Positions 1-13,807 of a DNA stretch of 64,000 nucleotides are shown here, in pieces. Below the pieces are notes generated by a model. It was not told where the DNA came from, did no database searches, and was given only the letters and a program-made list of their open reading frames with translations. Position numbers and translations under genes: made by a program. How positions within the stretch are numbered: the stretch's first letter is position 1; the number at the start of each line of letters is the position of its first letter. This stretch comes from Lobosporangium transversale (lineage: Eukaryota). The DNA is taken from contig NW_019029013.1 of assembly GCF_002105155.1 (NCBI RefSeq), positions 372,001 to 436,000 of the forward strand, given 5' to 3'.

Positions 1-2313
1 CTATCACCCGTACCCTCATTTTTTTCCCTGCTTCATATTCCTTTTTAAATCTCGAAACAAAGTAAGTTGCTCCCCTATTGAAATAAATTATTTCGTGTGA
101 ATGGACCTGCAGAGTCAAAAAGAGAAAAAAGTCAAGGGTTCAGGGTCTCATTTAGTACAACCTTTTTCAACATGGGATAAAATCCGAGGCCATTGCATCC
201 TCGTTTTCATCCTCCCTCCACAAGCTTGATTTAAGAGCCTTAATTCAAAGCACATTCAATTTCTTATTAAGCACAAGTCCAACAACACCTTTTTTTTTTT
301 TTTTTTTTTTTTTTTTGGAATCTGTTTATATGGCAGTGCAATTTTTCTTCTTTTTTTGGATGTCTGTGTTATTTCTTGTCCTACCAAGAAATAACAAAAG
401 AAAAGCTTGATGTAGTAGAAAAGCCTGTGTTGAAGAAAAGGATAACGCGTTTTTTTTCATCAGATCATGGAATAGGGGGGAGTGAGACAATACATTCATA
501 TTAATATTCTTTCATTCCCAAACATTCATTATGTTTGAAATGAATAAAAAAAAAGGAGCCATAAGTTGGAGAGCGGAATCTTGTCTCAAGAAGTTCCTGA
601 ACAAATAATCATCATGCAGCTGGGAACAGGCCGCCACTTATTCAATAGCTGTAGTTGTATATTCAAGTTTGGGAGGCTTTTTCACTTTTTCTTAAATGCT
701 GTCTATTTTTGACAAAGAATGACCGAACACGAACCATTCATATTCCTTAATTTATCATGGAGTAAATCTAGGAGATAAAAAGCACGATCCTCTTGTAAGA
801 GGTTTGAACTGGCCGTACAATTCACGTCATGTCTGTTCCCTTGTTCCCCCTATTTTTGTTTCTGTTCCTGATGCCACGTTTTTTAATAACATCAATTGAC
901 TTTTTTAACTGTCGTGAGGTTATTAGAGGCCCTCTGAGCTTTTTTTTTTCCTTGGCTCAATCGTTATACCTTATGCTTCTTGATGAAATCAAAACATCAA
1001 ACATGATCTCCTAATCGCTATCACTTTATGTATCATTAATATTAATATTTTGTGTTTCTTTTATACAGTAGTAATTGAATTCAAGGCTTCATCTCCCCTC
1101 TCCTTATTTTTATACTTTTCTTTGCCGTACGTCTACGTCAATAAGACGAACCCTCAAGGTAGGACTATAACCACGTGCTATCTAGATTTATAGATCTAGA
1201 TCGATTTCCTTTTTCCATCATCAAAATCCTAGTGCATTCTTAATGCACCAAGGTTTAGCGCCGGCTCTAGTGGTATCACATATTTTCCTAGTGCAAATCT
1301 ACGTCATTTTTTTTTTTTTGATTATTTTCAACATTTTTTTTTTTATTTTTTTTTTATGAAAGATGTAGAGGGAGTAAAGATAAAGAGATGATTCCACTGC
1401 AGATGAATGAAGTGGTGGTGTGGTGCTGTCATGATGTAGAATAGTTTCTCTGAACCACATTAAGGGATGTTGCATGGTCTCAATGTCTGGAACTGCTTTG
1501 CGTAAAGCTAGGATCCCCATACAACGTTAAAAAACGTGTAATCTTAAAGATAATGAAGGGATTGATGCATCATTGCCTTCAGACCTCTTGACCACTTTCT
1601 CAAGATTCTACTGCTAATGTGTCCAAGCTCGGTTCATTATGCGATTGTGATACACATAGTACTAAAATGGTCTGAGCTGGAGAGGAAGAGGGCTAAAAAA
1701 GGGGTACGTTAAATGCATATACCTGTCTATCTATCCACCCTATTGGCACATGTGAGGGACTTCAGCGGTTAGAAACAGAAGAGGTCACCATTTCTCCAGT
1801 TTTTTTTAGTCCATCTGCATACATGTACCCTTTTCTTTTTTTATCATTTCTTTGCATTATATTGCGATTTCAGACATATGAATCTGACCTCAGCTGCACA
1901 TCATCGAGGCCTTAACGCAATTTCCTCTCGTTTTGGAGGCAACAGGGGTTGCATACAAATACCTACCGGGAACCTCCTTTTCTCTCCTTTTTCCTGCAAA
2001 CTATGCGGGTCAACCGTTCTGATTTGACATCAAAAGAATCTTCAACTCGCGGGAAATTTATTCCCATCTGTCTTTCCAGTTGATTAATCTATTTTTGAAT
2101 GTTTTTTTTTTTTATTTTTTATTTTATTTTTTACTTCTCTCTCTTTATTTCTCGCGTTCATACCCTGATCCTCCCTTTTTTTCCTTTCTTTTTCAGCTAC
2201 CTCACGCGACCATTTTCCGTTGGTTACAACTACACTACACATTAAAAGCGCAGCAACCGCAACAGCAGCAATAACCGCATCAACACACTGCATACTAGAC
2301 ACCTATAAACGAA

Positions 2314-5079
2314 ATGCCATCCTTTCTTAAACGGTTCGCAACCATCTCTCATGGTTCAGGTCAATCTAAAAAAGACCGGATCAACAAAAAAGCCAACAGC
2401 AATCACAAAAACGCCAGCAGCAGCAACGTGCTTTCAATAGCATTAGGGCATCATCCACGAAGGCAAACACATACAGGCACATGTGGGACTAGTTCTGCAC
2501 ATGAGTTAGATCAAGAGTTGGTCAAGAGGAATAGCTCCATGAGCACCGATAGCAGTGTTTCCTCTTCATCTTACACATCCTCACCCTCCAACGTCTCCAC
2601 TGCAATGACATCCAATTCTTCATTACCCTTTGATCTGAAAAATAGTTCGTCGCAAGAAAATACCTATTGTTATCATCAGCAACAGCAGATTAGTACCACT
2701 TCCACAAATGCTGTAGAGCCACCAAAAAAGAAAACACCAACTAACCATAATCAACAAGAGCCCTCACATTCCTTGCCATCAACATCAACAACATTATCGT
2801 CCTCACATTCTTTTCAACAGACTCCTAATATCCCCATCCCCTCTTCTGGCTCAAGGCATGACAGAGCAGCATCAGAAAGCCTAGAAGACGGGGAGCAGAG
2901 GCAGAAGAGTGGTTCCCTTTCATTAACCTTAGATCCTCGCGCGAGCTCCATGCCCACACTTCAACATTCCTCTACTTCGCATTCTACTTCTTTGAGGGAT
3001 CAACATCATCAACCTATCCAACCGAGTCCTTATCATTCAGCGGCTTTTACCCCTATTGTAACCAATGTCACTACTGCTTCATCACCCATGTCATCGTTAA
3101 GTCCCACTTCTGGACTAAGATTGAGTAATATCAGGGGTGGCAGTGTGGAGCAGCGCTCACGTCCATTATCTGAACACTTCAACTTGGATCCTCCTCCTAG
3201 GGCCACTTTGAAAAAGTCCCAAACTCTAAGCAGCAAAAAGAAAATCGTAAATAAATCATTGCCGAGCTTTTTACCTCAGCATGAGCAACAGCAGGAACAG
3301 GAACAACAGGAGGAAGTTCATGAGCAGTCATTGTATGGTAGTGGCACGATTAATCCTCGCTTGGCGTATCAGCCCAAGATCGGCCGATGGGGAAGTAAGA
3401 GTGGAGTTGGGATCAACGAGATGATGATCGATCTGGAGACGGCAGGTGTTTTTGGTAAGAAAGCTTATTTGTTGTCGCGCCAAGGTCATTTAAATGAGAT
3501 ATGTATCAACCAATCCCAGACAGCATATTGCTCAAATTCCTAGCGAAACGCATTGTTGATTGATCCATTGGGTTTTGTATTTTTATAAATCTCCCACGCT
3601 TAGTCCCTTCTAATGGCCAACGTCTTCGCGCAGAATTTGTCTATCGGACAGTGATTCAATGTGCGGACGAGATCCGTCGTCGAGGTATGCCGCACACGCA
3701 TACACAAAAAGAGCGAAATAATCCAAACGCAGCCAATTAATTTTATTCTTTCTGCCGGACTAATTGCAATAGGCCTTGACCATGAAAATATCCTCCTCAA
3801 TCCTTCACCTAAAAAAGTCATTTTATCTATGATCGCGCTCATGACAGACCAAGAGCGTTGTGACTTATACTCGATCCAATGTCTCAGGATCGATACAGTT
3901 GCAGGCTTGATGTTGAACTTGCTTTCACAAATGTCGAACCCCGTGATCCCTTATGCAGTGATGGAGCATTATTTCAAGCAAGGTGGATATTCGACCACAC
4001 GATCACCTGCATTGGAAGCCGTGATCAGCAATGCTAAGACGCCAATTTTGCCAGTATCAAAAGCATCAACGACCTTACGGAGTCGGCATCGAAAGTCATT
4101 GTCTGTTCCAGCGATGATATCGACGCGCACAGCTGAATCATCCACAGCCACAGCTTCCACAGTAACTCCGGACAGTAGTGAGGGAAGTGCACCTGTGCCA
4201 TCGAGCTCACCAAGATCTCCAGCGTCTATTGACGTTCTGTTATCTTTACCTGCCATTCCTGCACTACCCCCAAAAGGAAGCCCACAAGCAACCAATGTTG
4301 CATGGGCACGCGAGCACTTTGATTTGGCTATGTTCTTGGCTGTACTGCCTGAGATGAATCGAGTCATTCTATTGGAGGTATTGCATCTCTGCCAAGAACT
4401 CCTGGATCACCAACTCTGGAACCATTTGACGATCAGTCGATTGGTCCAACAGATCTCACCGGCCTTGTTCTCAACCGTATTTGATCGAAGGATCTTGGAG
4501 AGCATGGCAGGAGGGCCGGTGAGCTGTTCGATCCATGGAGAAACTATTTCTTCAGAAGAAGGAGCAAGAGCTGAGAGTCACTTGTTTATGGTGATCCTAG
4601 TGCGGTTCCTACACCTTACAGCTGGGGCTAATGCAGTCAATCCTCTGATGAATAATATAAACCTGACTGTTAGCGGAGCTGAAGGCGTCTATGGCCCCAA
4701 TGGTGCTGGAATTACGTTCCGAAAGAGTCAAGAACGTCTTATGGAAGATCAGCAAGAGTACCATAAGAGAATGGCTCATGCGTATCATCAGATGGAGATC
4801 CAAAAGCAACCATCTCAGCATTTCGGTGTATACAGTGCTAGCCAGAAGCAACAGCAACAAAAGGAAAGATCAGGTTCAAATCTTTCACTTCCAGCCAACC
4901 CTCAGGACATCATCGCTGGAAGTAGCGCCGCAGGGACGACAACTATGCTTAGTCCATGCCAATCATTGAGCGAAATAATGATGCCAGAGGCATCATCTTC
5001 ACTAAGGAAGAAGGCTTCACAACATGATCATTTCAAGCCTATCCGTTCTCACCCCCTGGGGAAAGCCATTGCTGCGTAA
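2314..5079 (+). CDS. RhoGAP-fold protein with long Ser/Thr/Gln-rich N-terminus, apparently lacking the arginine finger; exons 2314-3454, 3604-3684, 3773-5079
   Basis: GT-AG introns at 3455-3603 and 3685-3772 join ORFs 2314 and 3661 into ...VYRTVIQCADEIRRRGLDHENILL...IDTVAGLMLNLLSQMSNPVIPY...LPEMNRVILLEVLHLC...ISPALF, which matches the RhoGAP helical pattern. Confidence 0.7.
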
Positions 5080-5423
5080 AAAAAAAAAAGACACCGTTTA
5101 TCTAAAAAGCATGACCAGTTTAATAGACTTAGAAAGTGAAATGATTTTAATAATATTAATGATTAATGAGCATCTTAAAAAGTCTGAGAGTATTCCGTGT
5201 GGGACTGCTCTTTCGTATGTCCAATGTTTTTTTTTTTTTTTTTTTTTTTGTTGTTGTTGTTATTGTTCATTCTTTGTCTTGCTCGTTTTCATTGCAGGAC
5301 ATTGCTAATCCTGCTACCAACTCATTGTTCAAAAGAAGGAATTTTTATTTTCCCTTTTTTTTTGTGAGGGTATCCCTAATTATTTAGCCATTATCACGAC
5401 GAAAAAGAAAAGAAAACAAAGAA

Positions 5424-6137
5424 ATGGCGACCGTTGTACAGGCAACACCAGGAGATCTTCTCGATACAATTATCCGGCGGTATCTCAAGGATGATGTCAC
5501 AGTCAAGGACTATGTACCCTTTGTGCTCGACACTATCACTTGTCATCGCCTTCTAAACGATCGTTTTATTAACCATGATCAATCAATATCAATAGCCAAA
5601 GGAACAACGGTTCAGCAGCAATCATTATCTTCCTCTTCCTCATCATCATTAGCAACTCAACAACGTATTTGGGCACAACGCGTGAGAGCATTACTGGAGT
5701 CACCGCAACCGGGTGCTCGATGGGCTGGAGTTTGTTTTGTCAGGATCACAGCTCAACAAAGCGTATTCATGTTTACAGAGCACGTCAAGACCTGGGCCAC
5801 ACTTCTTGTTGGCATGTTGAATGTATGTGTGGCCAATTTTTCTCTTAGATTGGATTCAGAGTATCCATTTTCATTGACAAAGACAAAAAAAAAAAAAAGA
5901 GGGAGAGAAAGAAAAAGACTCCCGATGTCTTGTTAACTTAGCGTCTCTCTATTTATTAATTAACTTAACATTAGAAATACGAAAGTACCGCCAGTTTGGA
6001 GATGATCATAGCTACATTGACAGAGTTATTCGCAAAGACTGCTAAAAGACCTGATCTGAAGAGCGATGTTGCATCAAAATATCTTCCTGATTTTCATAAC
6101 AATATCTTGAATCATAAAGATAAACAGGAGCTCTTGG

Positions 6138-6172
<35 letters not shown>

Positions 6173-8411
6173 TAATTCATGTCATTCCATTTTACTTTTT
6201 GTAGTTCTTAGTAAAGTACCATCATTAACACTTTCCGTATGTGTTGATTTTAGCCCACTATTTATAAAGCATTAGCACAATCTGTGACATTATTCCCGAC
6301 AACGTTCCGTTTAGTAGTGGACAAAGCTGAGGCTCTTTGTGTCGCCTATATGGACGGACGATTCGATTTAGATCAAATACTAGTTCAAGAGGCAGCGAAC
6401 TGTTTTGCAGCATTGCATTATGCAGGAGGCAAGAACCCCAATCATCCAACTGAGCGAATCTTACCTTCAGAACAATGGCGTATCAATGTCCAAGAACTGG
6501 TGAAGGCCTTACACAGGTGTCTGAACGTCCTTTTCGAGACTATCGACGAAGGTAAAATGGTTTATTCTTATTGCGAAATTAACTCTGGCAATAAATATAT
6601 GCTGTATCATATTGGTTACTGAATTTGTCAGCGGTTATTTAATTAAACATTTAGATAAAGTTGACCAAAATGAAGTGGCAGGAAAGAACAAATATTTGAC
6701 AGCCATGCCGAGACCTGCTGGAGATCCTATTCAAAAATATCCTCAGATGATTGCTCGATTTACTAGTCTTTCCAAGGGTTTGATGGCCTGTTTAACTTGC
6801 CCTACCAAAGAAGCTGTCCATCTACCTCTCAACAGTCTCGTTGCACTCTTGACTCGTGTCTATAACGTCAATACAAAGACACCCATGTCGGAAGCACGAG
6901 GAGTTGATCCACAGGATTATTATCTTTTAATCTCAGGGATTTTATCCCTTCATATGGTCTCCCATCAAATTCTAACCACCTTGCTCGCATCTTTTCAGGA
7001 TCATTTGGTCCGCTATATGTCTCATCTCGCCACAATTGCTATTAAATCTATCCGCCAAAGTTCAAGTCCAAGAAATTCTAGTTCGAATAGTTCGACTCTT
7101 TTTCGGATTTCAACTTATTCGGTTATAGAGACATGCATTCAGGCGTTCGGGATTCCTTTCGTGAATATGGTTCAGGTGCCTCTGATGGCAGCACTTCTGG
7201 AGGATCTTCGTATGCCGTCAGCCAGGACTATCAATCCGCTCGAAATAGGTGCCGGAGGCTCAAACACCACTAATACAATCAAACATAAGGGCGGTGCTGG
7301 AAAGAATCGTCGTGGTGGCGCTGCAGGTAACAACAGCAGCATCAGCGGCTTAGGCTCGCCGGAGGAGATCGTCCCTTCCCAGGTTTTTATTGCTGCATTG
7401 AGTGTCTTGTCGTTGGTGTTGACAACTGCTGGACCTAACTTGGCGCCTCATGCACGTGCAGCCGCAGATACATTGGTGGTCACCCATCTGTTGAACTCTC
7501 AACATCATGTTAATATGATCGAACAATCTGAGACACTATTTTATACCGCTGCGATTCGGACAGAGCTCTACAAGGTCCTTGTAGCTTCTATCTCTTCACC
7601 TGCTGAGACCCAATCGAGTCTAGTGCCATTGAGTGTTGGGATCTTTAAGGCTGGATTGAATGATGCAGAAAAGTCTGTTCGAGATAGCTGCTCCATGGCG
7701 TTGACGATTTGTGATCTGGTAATACATGCAAGGTTGCCACCAATGCAGCGAGCACGTACAACTGCAGTTCAACCTCAAAAGCGTCTAGGAGAGAAGCCCG
7801 TGAAGGAAGCTGCCGAGACATTATTTGGAGAATTTCAAGTTCCACAGAATAATTTCAATGATCAAAACAAACCCAAGAATGAGAGTAGTGAAGAAGACGA
7901 AGGAGAGGAGGTTGAGGAAGACGAGGAAGAGGAAGAGGAAGGGAAGGATGTTGAGATGAAGGAAGAGGATATGGACAGGGCTGCCTCTTCAAGTGCATCC
8001 ATGGCAGCATTCAAAGCTGCGGGTGATCTTGGTTTCAAGCAACCTCAGCCTCCAGCAACCACCGTCACCACTACCACCATCACCACTAATATCTCATCTG
8101 CATCCGTACACAATAAGAATGAAGGCGATCATCAGGATAAGGCTACTGTTGTTGGTTCCAGTATAAAGGCAACCAGAAACGTTATCGAATCTCAATCCTC
8201 TACCTCACTAGAAGATGTTGCTTCTGTTACAAAAACATCTTTTACTTCTACCACTGACGCTACGGCTACGACTATGACAGCAAGCTCTATGTTGCAATCC
8301 CAAGCGCCGGAAAGTGTAATAGGAGTAGATGGGGATGAAGATGAAGACTTTGCCATTCCAGAAATCAATATGGAAGACGACGATGACGATGATGACATGG
8401 GTAGCGAGTAA
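5424..8411 (+). CDS. RIX1: Pre-rRNA processing protein RIX1/PELP1 homolog; exons 5424-5822, 5975-6136, 6254-6551, 6655-8411
   Basis: N-terminal 'RVRALLES..ARWAGVCFV', 'LFPTTFR', C-terminal 'CDLVIHARLPP' and acidic tail ending 'IPEINMEDDDDDD'. Three GT-AG introns keep the frame. Confidence 0.8.
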
Positions 8412-8661
8412 AATGTCATGATAGTTACTAGAAAAATAATAAAAAATGATAAAAAAAATAATAGTATCCAAATATTATCAAATTGCAGCAGACTCTGTCA
8501 TTCCATTCATAAAAAAAAAAAAATGCTTTTAATCGAAAAATAATCTCCCTCGTTCTATATACATAATGATATATATACACGTTGGAATGCTCAGAGTTTT
8601 TTTTTTTACTTCGCTTTGTGCAGTTCAGTTCAGTTTTTGTTTCCAAATTGCAATTTCCTCC

Positions 8662-11600
8662 TTAGTTGCTTCCTTGCCCCAAAGGTCTGAAAGCTTTCTT
8701 CCAAAGGTCTCGTTTGCGCTCCTCGCCATTATTTTCACCATGGACATGATTGTGCTTGTTCTTGCGGATAGAGTCAAAGAAGGCGCTCTGGCTGGACATA
8801 TGGCTGGTGGCACCCTCCCATCGGAGCTTGCCACGACCAACCAGAGGATCACGGGACTCACTCTTGTGTGAAATCACAGCCTCTGGAATCATGTACGAAG
8901 GCAAAAGACGAAGGATCACGCCCACAGGCAAGGACAAAGAACCAATTGCGAGAGTGATCAACCATTGTTTAGGCGTCAATGGTACGGTCTTGAAGGCTCG
9001 ACCACCAAACTGGACAATCACATATTGACCGCCAATCACAATCAACTGGATCAAAATAAAGAGCTTATTGTTGTGCAGGTTCTTGAAGACGTTGAGGGAG
9101 TCATCAATGCGACGGCAGTTGAGTTCGTTGAAGACTTGAAGGAACACAAAAGTATTAAAGATCATGGTTCGGAGTATGGCCAAATTTTCGGGTGAGACAG
9201 AACCATCGGGCGACTGGAGATGGAAAATCTTAGCACCGAATTCGAGCAGAGCCAAGTTAATGGCGATTTGGAAAATAGCCTGACCGATAATCATCTTCCA
9301 CATCGTAAAGTTGATTAATGAAGCGGTCTTGGAAATGGGCTGGCGAGAGAGCACCTCTTGACTTGGGGGTTCAGTTGCAAGGGCAAGTGCAGCAAGTGTA
9401 TCCATGATCAAGTTGACCCAGAGCAGCTGGACAGCAGAGAGAACCGATTGATTGTCACTCGAAGTAATGGCGGAGATAAAGGAGAGGATCACGGCTGTGA
9501 TGTTGACCGTGAGCTGGAATTGCAAGAACTTGCGAACAGAGTCATTAACTGCACGTCCCCACATCAATGCCTTAAGAATACTACTAAAGTTGTCATCCAT
9601 CAGTACAATAGCGGAAGCCTCCTTGGCAACCTCAGTTCCGGTAATGCCCATTGAGAATCCAACATCTGCCATTTTGAGTGCTGGTCCATCATTTGTTCCA
9701 TCACCTGTCACAGCAACGACTTCTCCAAGCTCCTGAAGACGGCGCACAACAATAGTCTTGTCCGTGGGACTGCTACGAGCAAGCACCTGAAGACGCTTGA
9801 CAGCCTCAGTCTGCTCCTCCTTTGACATAGCTCTGAACTCGGGTCCAGTTAAGGCCAATCCTCCTGGAATCAAAATTCCTGCATTCTTAGCAATCGCACG
9901 GGCAGTCTGAATGTTGTCTCCAGTAATCATGCGAACCGTCACACCAGCACGAGCGAAATCACGGACACTTTCAACAACACCGGGACGGAGAGGATCCTGA
10001 ATACCGACAACACCGAGACAAATGAGCTTGGAGTTAGGGGCCTCCTCATCATTGAAGTTCTTGTACTCGGACGTGCTAACATCACGGTAGCTGAGAGCAA
10101 TGGTACGAAGGGCTTTGTCTGCATACGAGCTAATAATCTGGTCAAATTTGGCACGAGAATCTTCATCCAACTTTTTGATATCGCCATCTGAATCGACATA
10201 GTGCGTGCAGGCCCTGATAACGATTTCAGAGGCTCCCTTGACATAAAGACGGTACTTTTCATTGTCGTTGGGGGTGTGGACAACACAGGACATAGTTTTC
10301 TTGGCAGAACTGAAAGGGTACATCTTCGCAATTTCACGATCTCCACGGATGTCACTGTAAGAAGCACCCAAGAACTTGATGAAACCCAAAAGTGCAGACT
10401 CGGTCTTAGAACCCACAAAGACCATGTTGCCCCTCTCATCCTTGTCCTCGAAGGCAGATGAGTTGAGAGCAATACCTTCAATGACAGCTTGAGCAATATC
10501 AGGACGGACTTCTTGCTTCCAATTCTTGGCATCGTCCAAGTTGGTGAATGGGTAGAGTGAAAGCGTACCCTCTACAACTGTCATCTTATTTTGAGTCAAA
10601 GTTCCGGTCTTGTCAGAACAGACGGTCGTGGCGTTACCCATGGTCTCACAAGCAGAGAGAACACGGACCAAGTTGTTATCTTTCAACATCTGGGTAGTGG
10701 CATAGGCCAAGGCCAAGGTGACAGCCATGGGTAGACCTTCGGGAACGGCAACGACGACAATGGTGATGGCCTGAATGACGATGCGGACCATATCGGAGAA
10801 GATCTGTGATCCAGAAGGCATTGGGTCATCGGACAATGCTTGTTGGACAAAGTACTTGACAATAAGGGTAAGAAGCATAGCAATAGCAGCAGCCATACCA
10901 AGCTTGGCAATCGATTCTGCCAAGAAGTCCAGTTTGACCTGCAAGGGCGTCTCCTCTTGAGTGGTACCACGCATGGCCATCATGGTCTTTCCATAGAATG
11001 AGTTAGGTCCAACAGCTGTGACAAGCATAGCACCAGATCCGTCAAGGACTTTGGATCCCGAGATGACATAGCAATTTTGTTCGGTATCCTTCTTCATCGC
11101 ATCAGATTCACCCGTGGCCGAGGACTCATCGCAGGTGATGTTGTGACTCTTTAGGATGATACCATCAACAGCCAAGAGATCACCAGGCTCCATGAGTAAG
11201 ACGTCTCCAACCACGACTTCCTTGATATTGATCTCTTGTTCGCGAGCGTCGCGCAAGACTTTAACAGAGCGATCATCCTTCTTGGCATTTAGTTTTTGGA
11301 ACTGGCGCTCCTTCTGATAGTCATTAATGGCGTTTGTAAAGACAACAGCAGCAACAGCAGCGAGAATGGCAGTACCCTCAATCCAGCCAACACGAGGTTC
11401 ACCGGGAGTGTGATGAGGACCATAGTCTTCATAGATGCTCACACCGAGCGAAACCACGGCAGCAATGGACAACAGGACTAAAGATAGTGAACGGTATCAA
11501 ATAACGTCATTAATTGAGGAATAAAACAATAGAGTTGACTTGTTTTAGATTCATATAAACAAATACTCAAACAAACTGAAAGAAGTAAAGAGAACAAAAA

Positions 11601-13021
11601 AGCAAGAGAGCAAGAGAGAGCAAGACTATTTTTTTCCTTAAACATAGTCCAAGTATATATTGACAAAAACGAAGGAGACTTACTGAGGGTGCGGTCGTTG
11701 TAGGCCTCCAGGAGCAGCTCCCAGAAGCTCGCACTCTTGACTGTGGGGAGAATCTACAAAAGATAGAAGATTCCAAGATTCGATTAGTGACAGTGTTGTT
11801 TTAGTGCCGAAATTAGATTGTATTAAAAATACAGTTCCAATTGCAGTTTGCATTGTATGCAAAAAAAAAAAGAACATCAATACACCCACCCACGCAACAC
11901 ACACAATAAAAAACCACTGACCTAATACTCTTTTCTTTTTTTTTTTTCTTTCTTCAGAAAAGAAACACTTCAGAGAGATAAGTATTAAAAATAAGGAGAA
12001 AAGGGGACGAGAAATAGCCCATGCATGCATAATCTTGTAAAAAAAAAAAAAAAAAAAAAAGCGCGGGTATTCTTCCAATGATAAACATTTTTCAGCCCAT
12101 GGGTAAGGGTGAAGTCATGATCTAGAAGCTCAATTGTTTCAACACCCTTTATGCTTCTGGCTGACAATGGTCATAGTTGTCTCCATCACAACTATTGTTA
12201 TCAGTTTCACCATCAATGATATTTAAAAACTTCAGTCTGATTGATAGACTAATGAATGAGACGCCATGTTTCGTACCCATCCAGCACATGCTCCTTCCCA
12301 CACTGCTTGCTTGTTACTTTTTTTTTTTTTTTTTTTGAGTTCACGTCATTAGCCCCAAAGTCCATTCATGCAACATCTTTCCCTCTCATGTATTCGTATT
12401 TTAACAGCGGGTAATTTTCTTTTTAAAAAAAGACGCGCTTAGAAAAAATTAAAAAATGAGCCATTCAATCAATGGGAAGTATCTGAAACCTTTGTTTGTT
12501 TTGGTACTTAAAATTTCCCAAAGGTCCAAAGTAACGGCAGAGCAACGGTCAAAAAAAAAAAGAAAAAAAAGATGATAATGATTATGATAGTAGCCATTCT
12601 CATTCTCTTTTGAATCTCTTTGTATGTAATTCCTCTCACTCTCTCTCACCATCTGATGGTATTGATGTAGTTATTGCTGTGGTAGATACATGCACTTGTA
12701 ATCGTTATTCCTTTTTTTTTTCTTATAAATGCTTACATTGCGACCAAAGGCTTGAGTACGAGCTTCGAACTTGGGGGCGTCTGAATGGCCGAGGGAGCTT
12801 TCATCAGCCTCATCAGATCTCAGTCCGACCTTGGGGTCGACTTTGAGGTCCTTACAGATCTTGTCGATACCACCGAGATCACTAGGGAGCGTTGGGTTGG
12901 TGGGATCAGTCAAAGGAGCCAACTGCTCGACAGTGATACCAAACTTGCTGGAAGTATTGTTGCTGTTGTTTTGGCGATGCTGGCCCAGCAGGGGCTCGCC
13001 CGAAGACGAGTCTCGAGGCAT
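8662..13021 (-). CDS. PMC1: P2B-type (PMCA/vacuolar) calcium-transporting ATPase; exons 13021-12737, 11753-11684, 11477-8662
   Basis: Motifs TGES, VPEGLP, CSDKTGTLT, KGASE, TGDN, GDGTNDGPAL, QLLWVNLIMD. N-terminal exons 'LGGIDKICKDLK...FGRN|ILPTVKSASFWELLLEAYNDRTL' are joined by GT-AG introns. Confidence 0.95.
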
Positions 13022-13807
13022 TAAAAAAAAGGTTTAATAAAGGACGCGAGGAGTGAGAGGAAAAAAAAGAGAGGGTGGAATAGAAGGAAGAGGAAGGGGG
13101 AATGAGTCTACTCTTCTCACGCTTCTGTAGGGAACAAAAGAGAAAGAAAGAAGAAAAAAAAAAGAGAGAAAGAAGAATGAATGCGGAAAGAGAATGTTAA
13201 AACACAACAGTGGCCAGGGACTCCAAGGTGTGTGGTGTGGCGGAGATGTTTTTTTTGTTTTTTGGAGTGAGGCAAGGCGGAGTAAACTGATTATTGCAAT
13301 TGGTTAATGCTTCCCAATCTCTGCTTCGCTAATCTCTAACCTTACAAATAACATAAAGTGGAGGCAGTGTTGAATGGATTGCTCGCTTTAGCCTTCGACT
13401 TTTATTCTTTATTCACATTTTCATTGTTTAAAATACGATATGATGTGGTACAAGCCTATCTTCCATTGCATTTGTAAAACAATACCTCAACCTGCATGTT
13501 TTACACGCGTTTTGTCTCCTTTTCACTTGGGACGCTTTTATGCACACATGTTACAAGTGTGTGAATATGACGATAAGAAGTAAAGAAGATGATGGGACAC
13601 GTGATATAGACTGTTAATTAGCATAGGAGACAGGACTAGATGTCAAAGAAAGTGAACACATGGTCCAATTTTCATCATGACCTACGCATAGCATAGTAGC
13701 ATAGACAAATTCACTCTAGTTGTTTATTTTATCCCCATTCATCCTACAGGAAGTACCGTAACACAACTACAAAGTGTATTAGCGGACAGGACGCGTAAAC
13801 GAAGCAA

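Noticed and set aside
1..2313. Short Phe/Lys-rich ORFs here and in other intergenic regions
   Set aside because: Products of poly-T/poly-A tracts with no coding signature.
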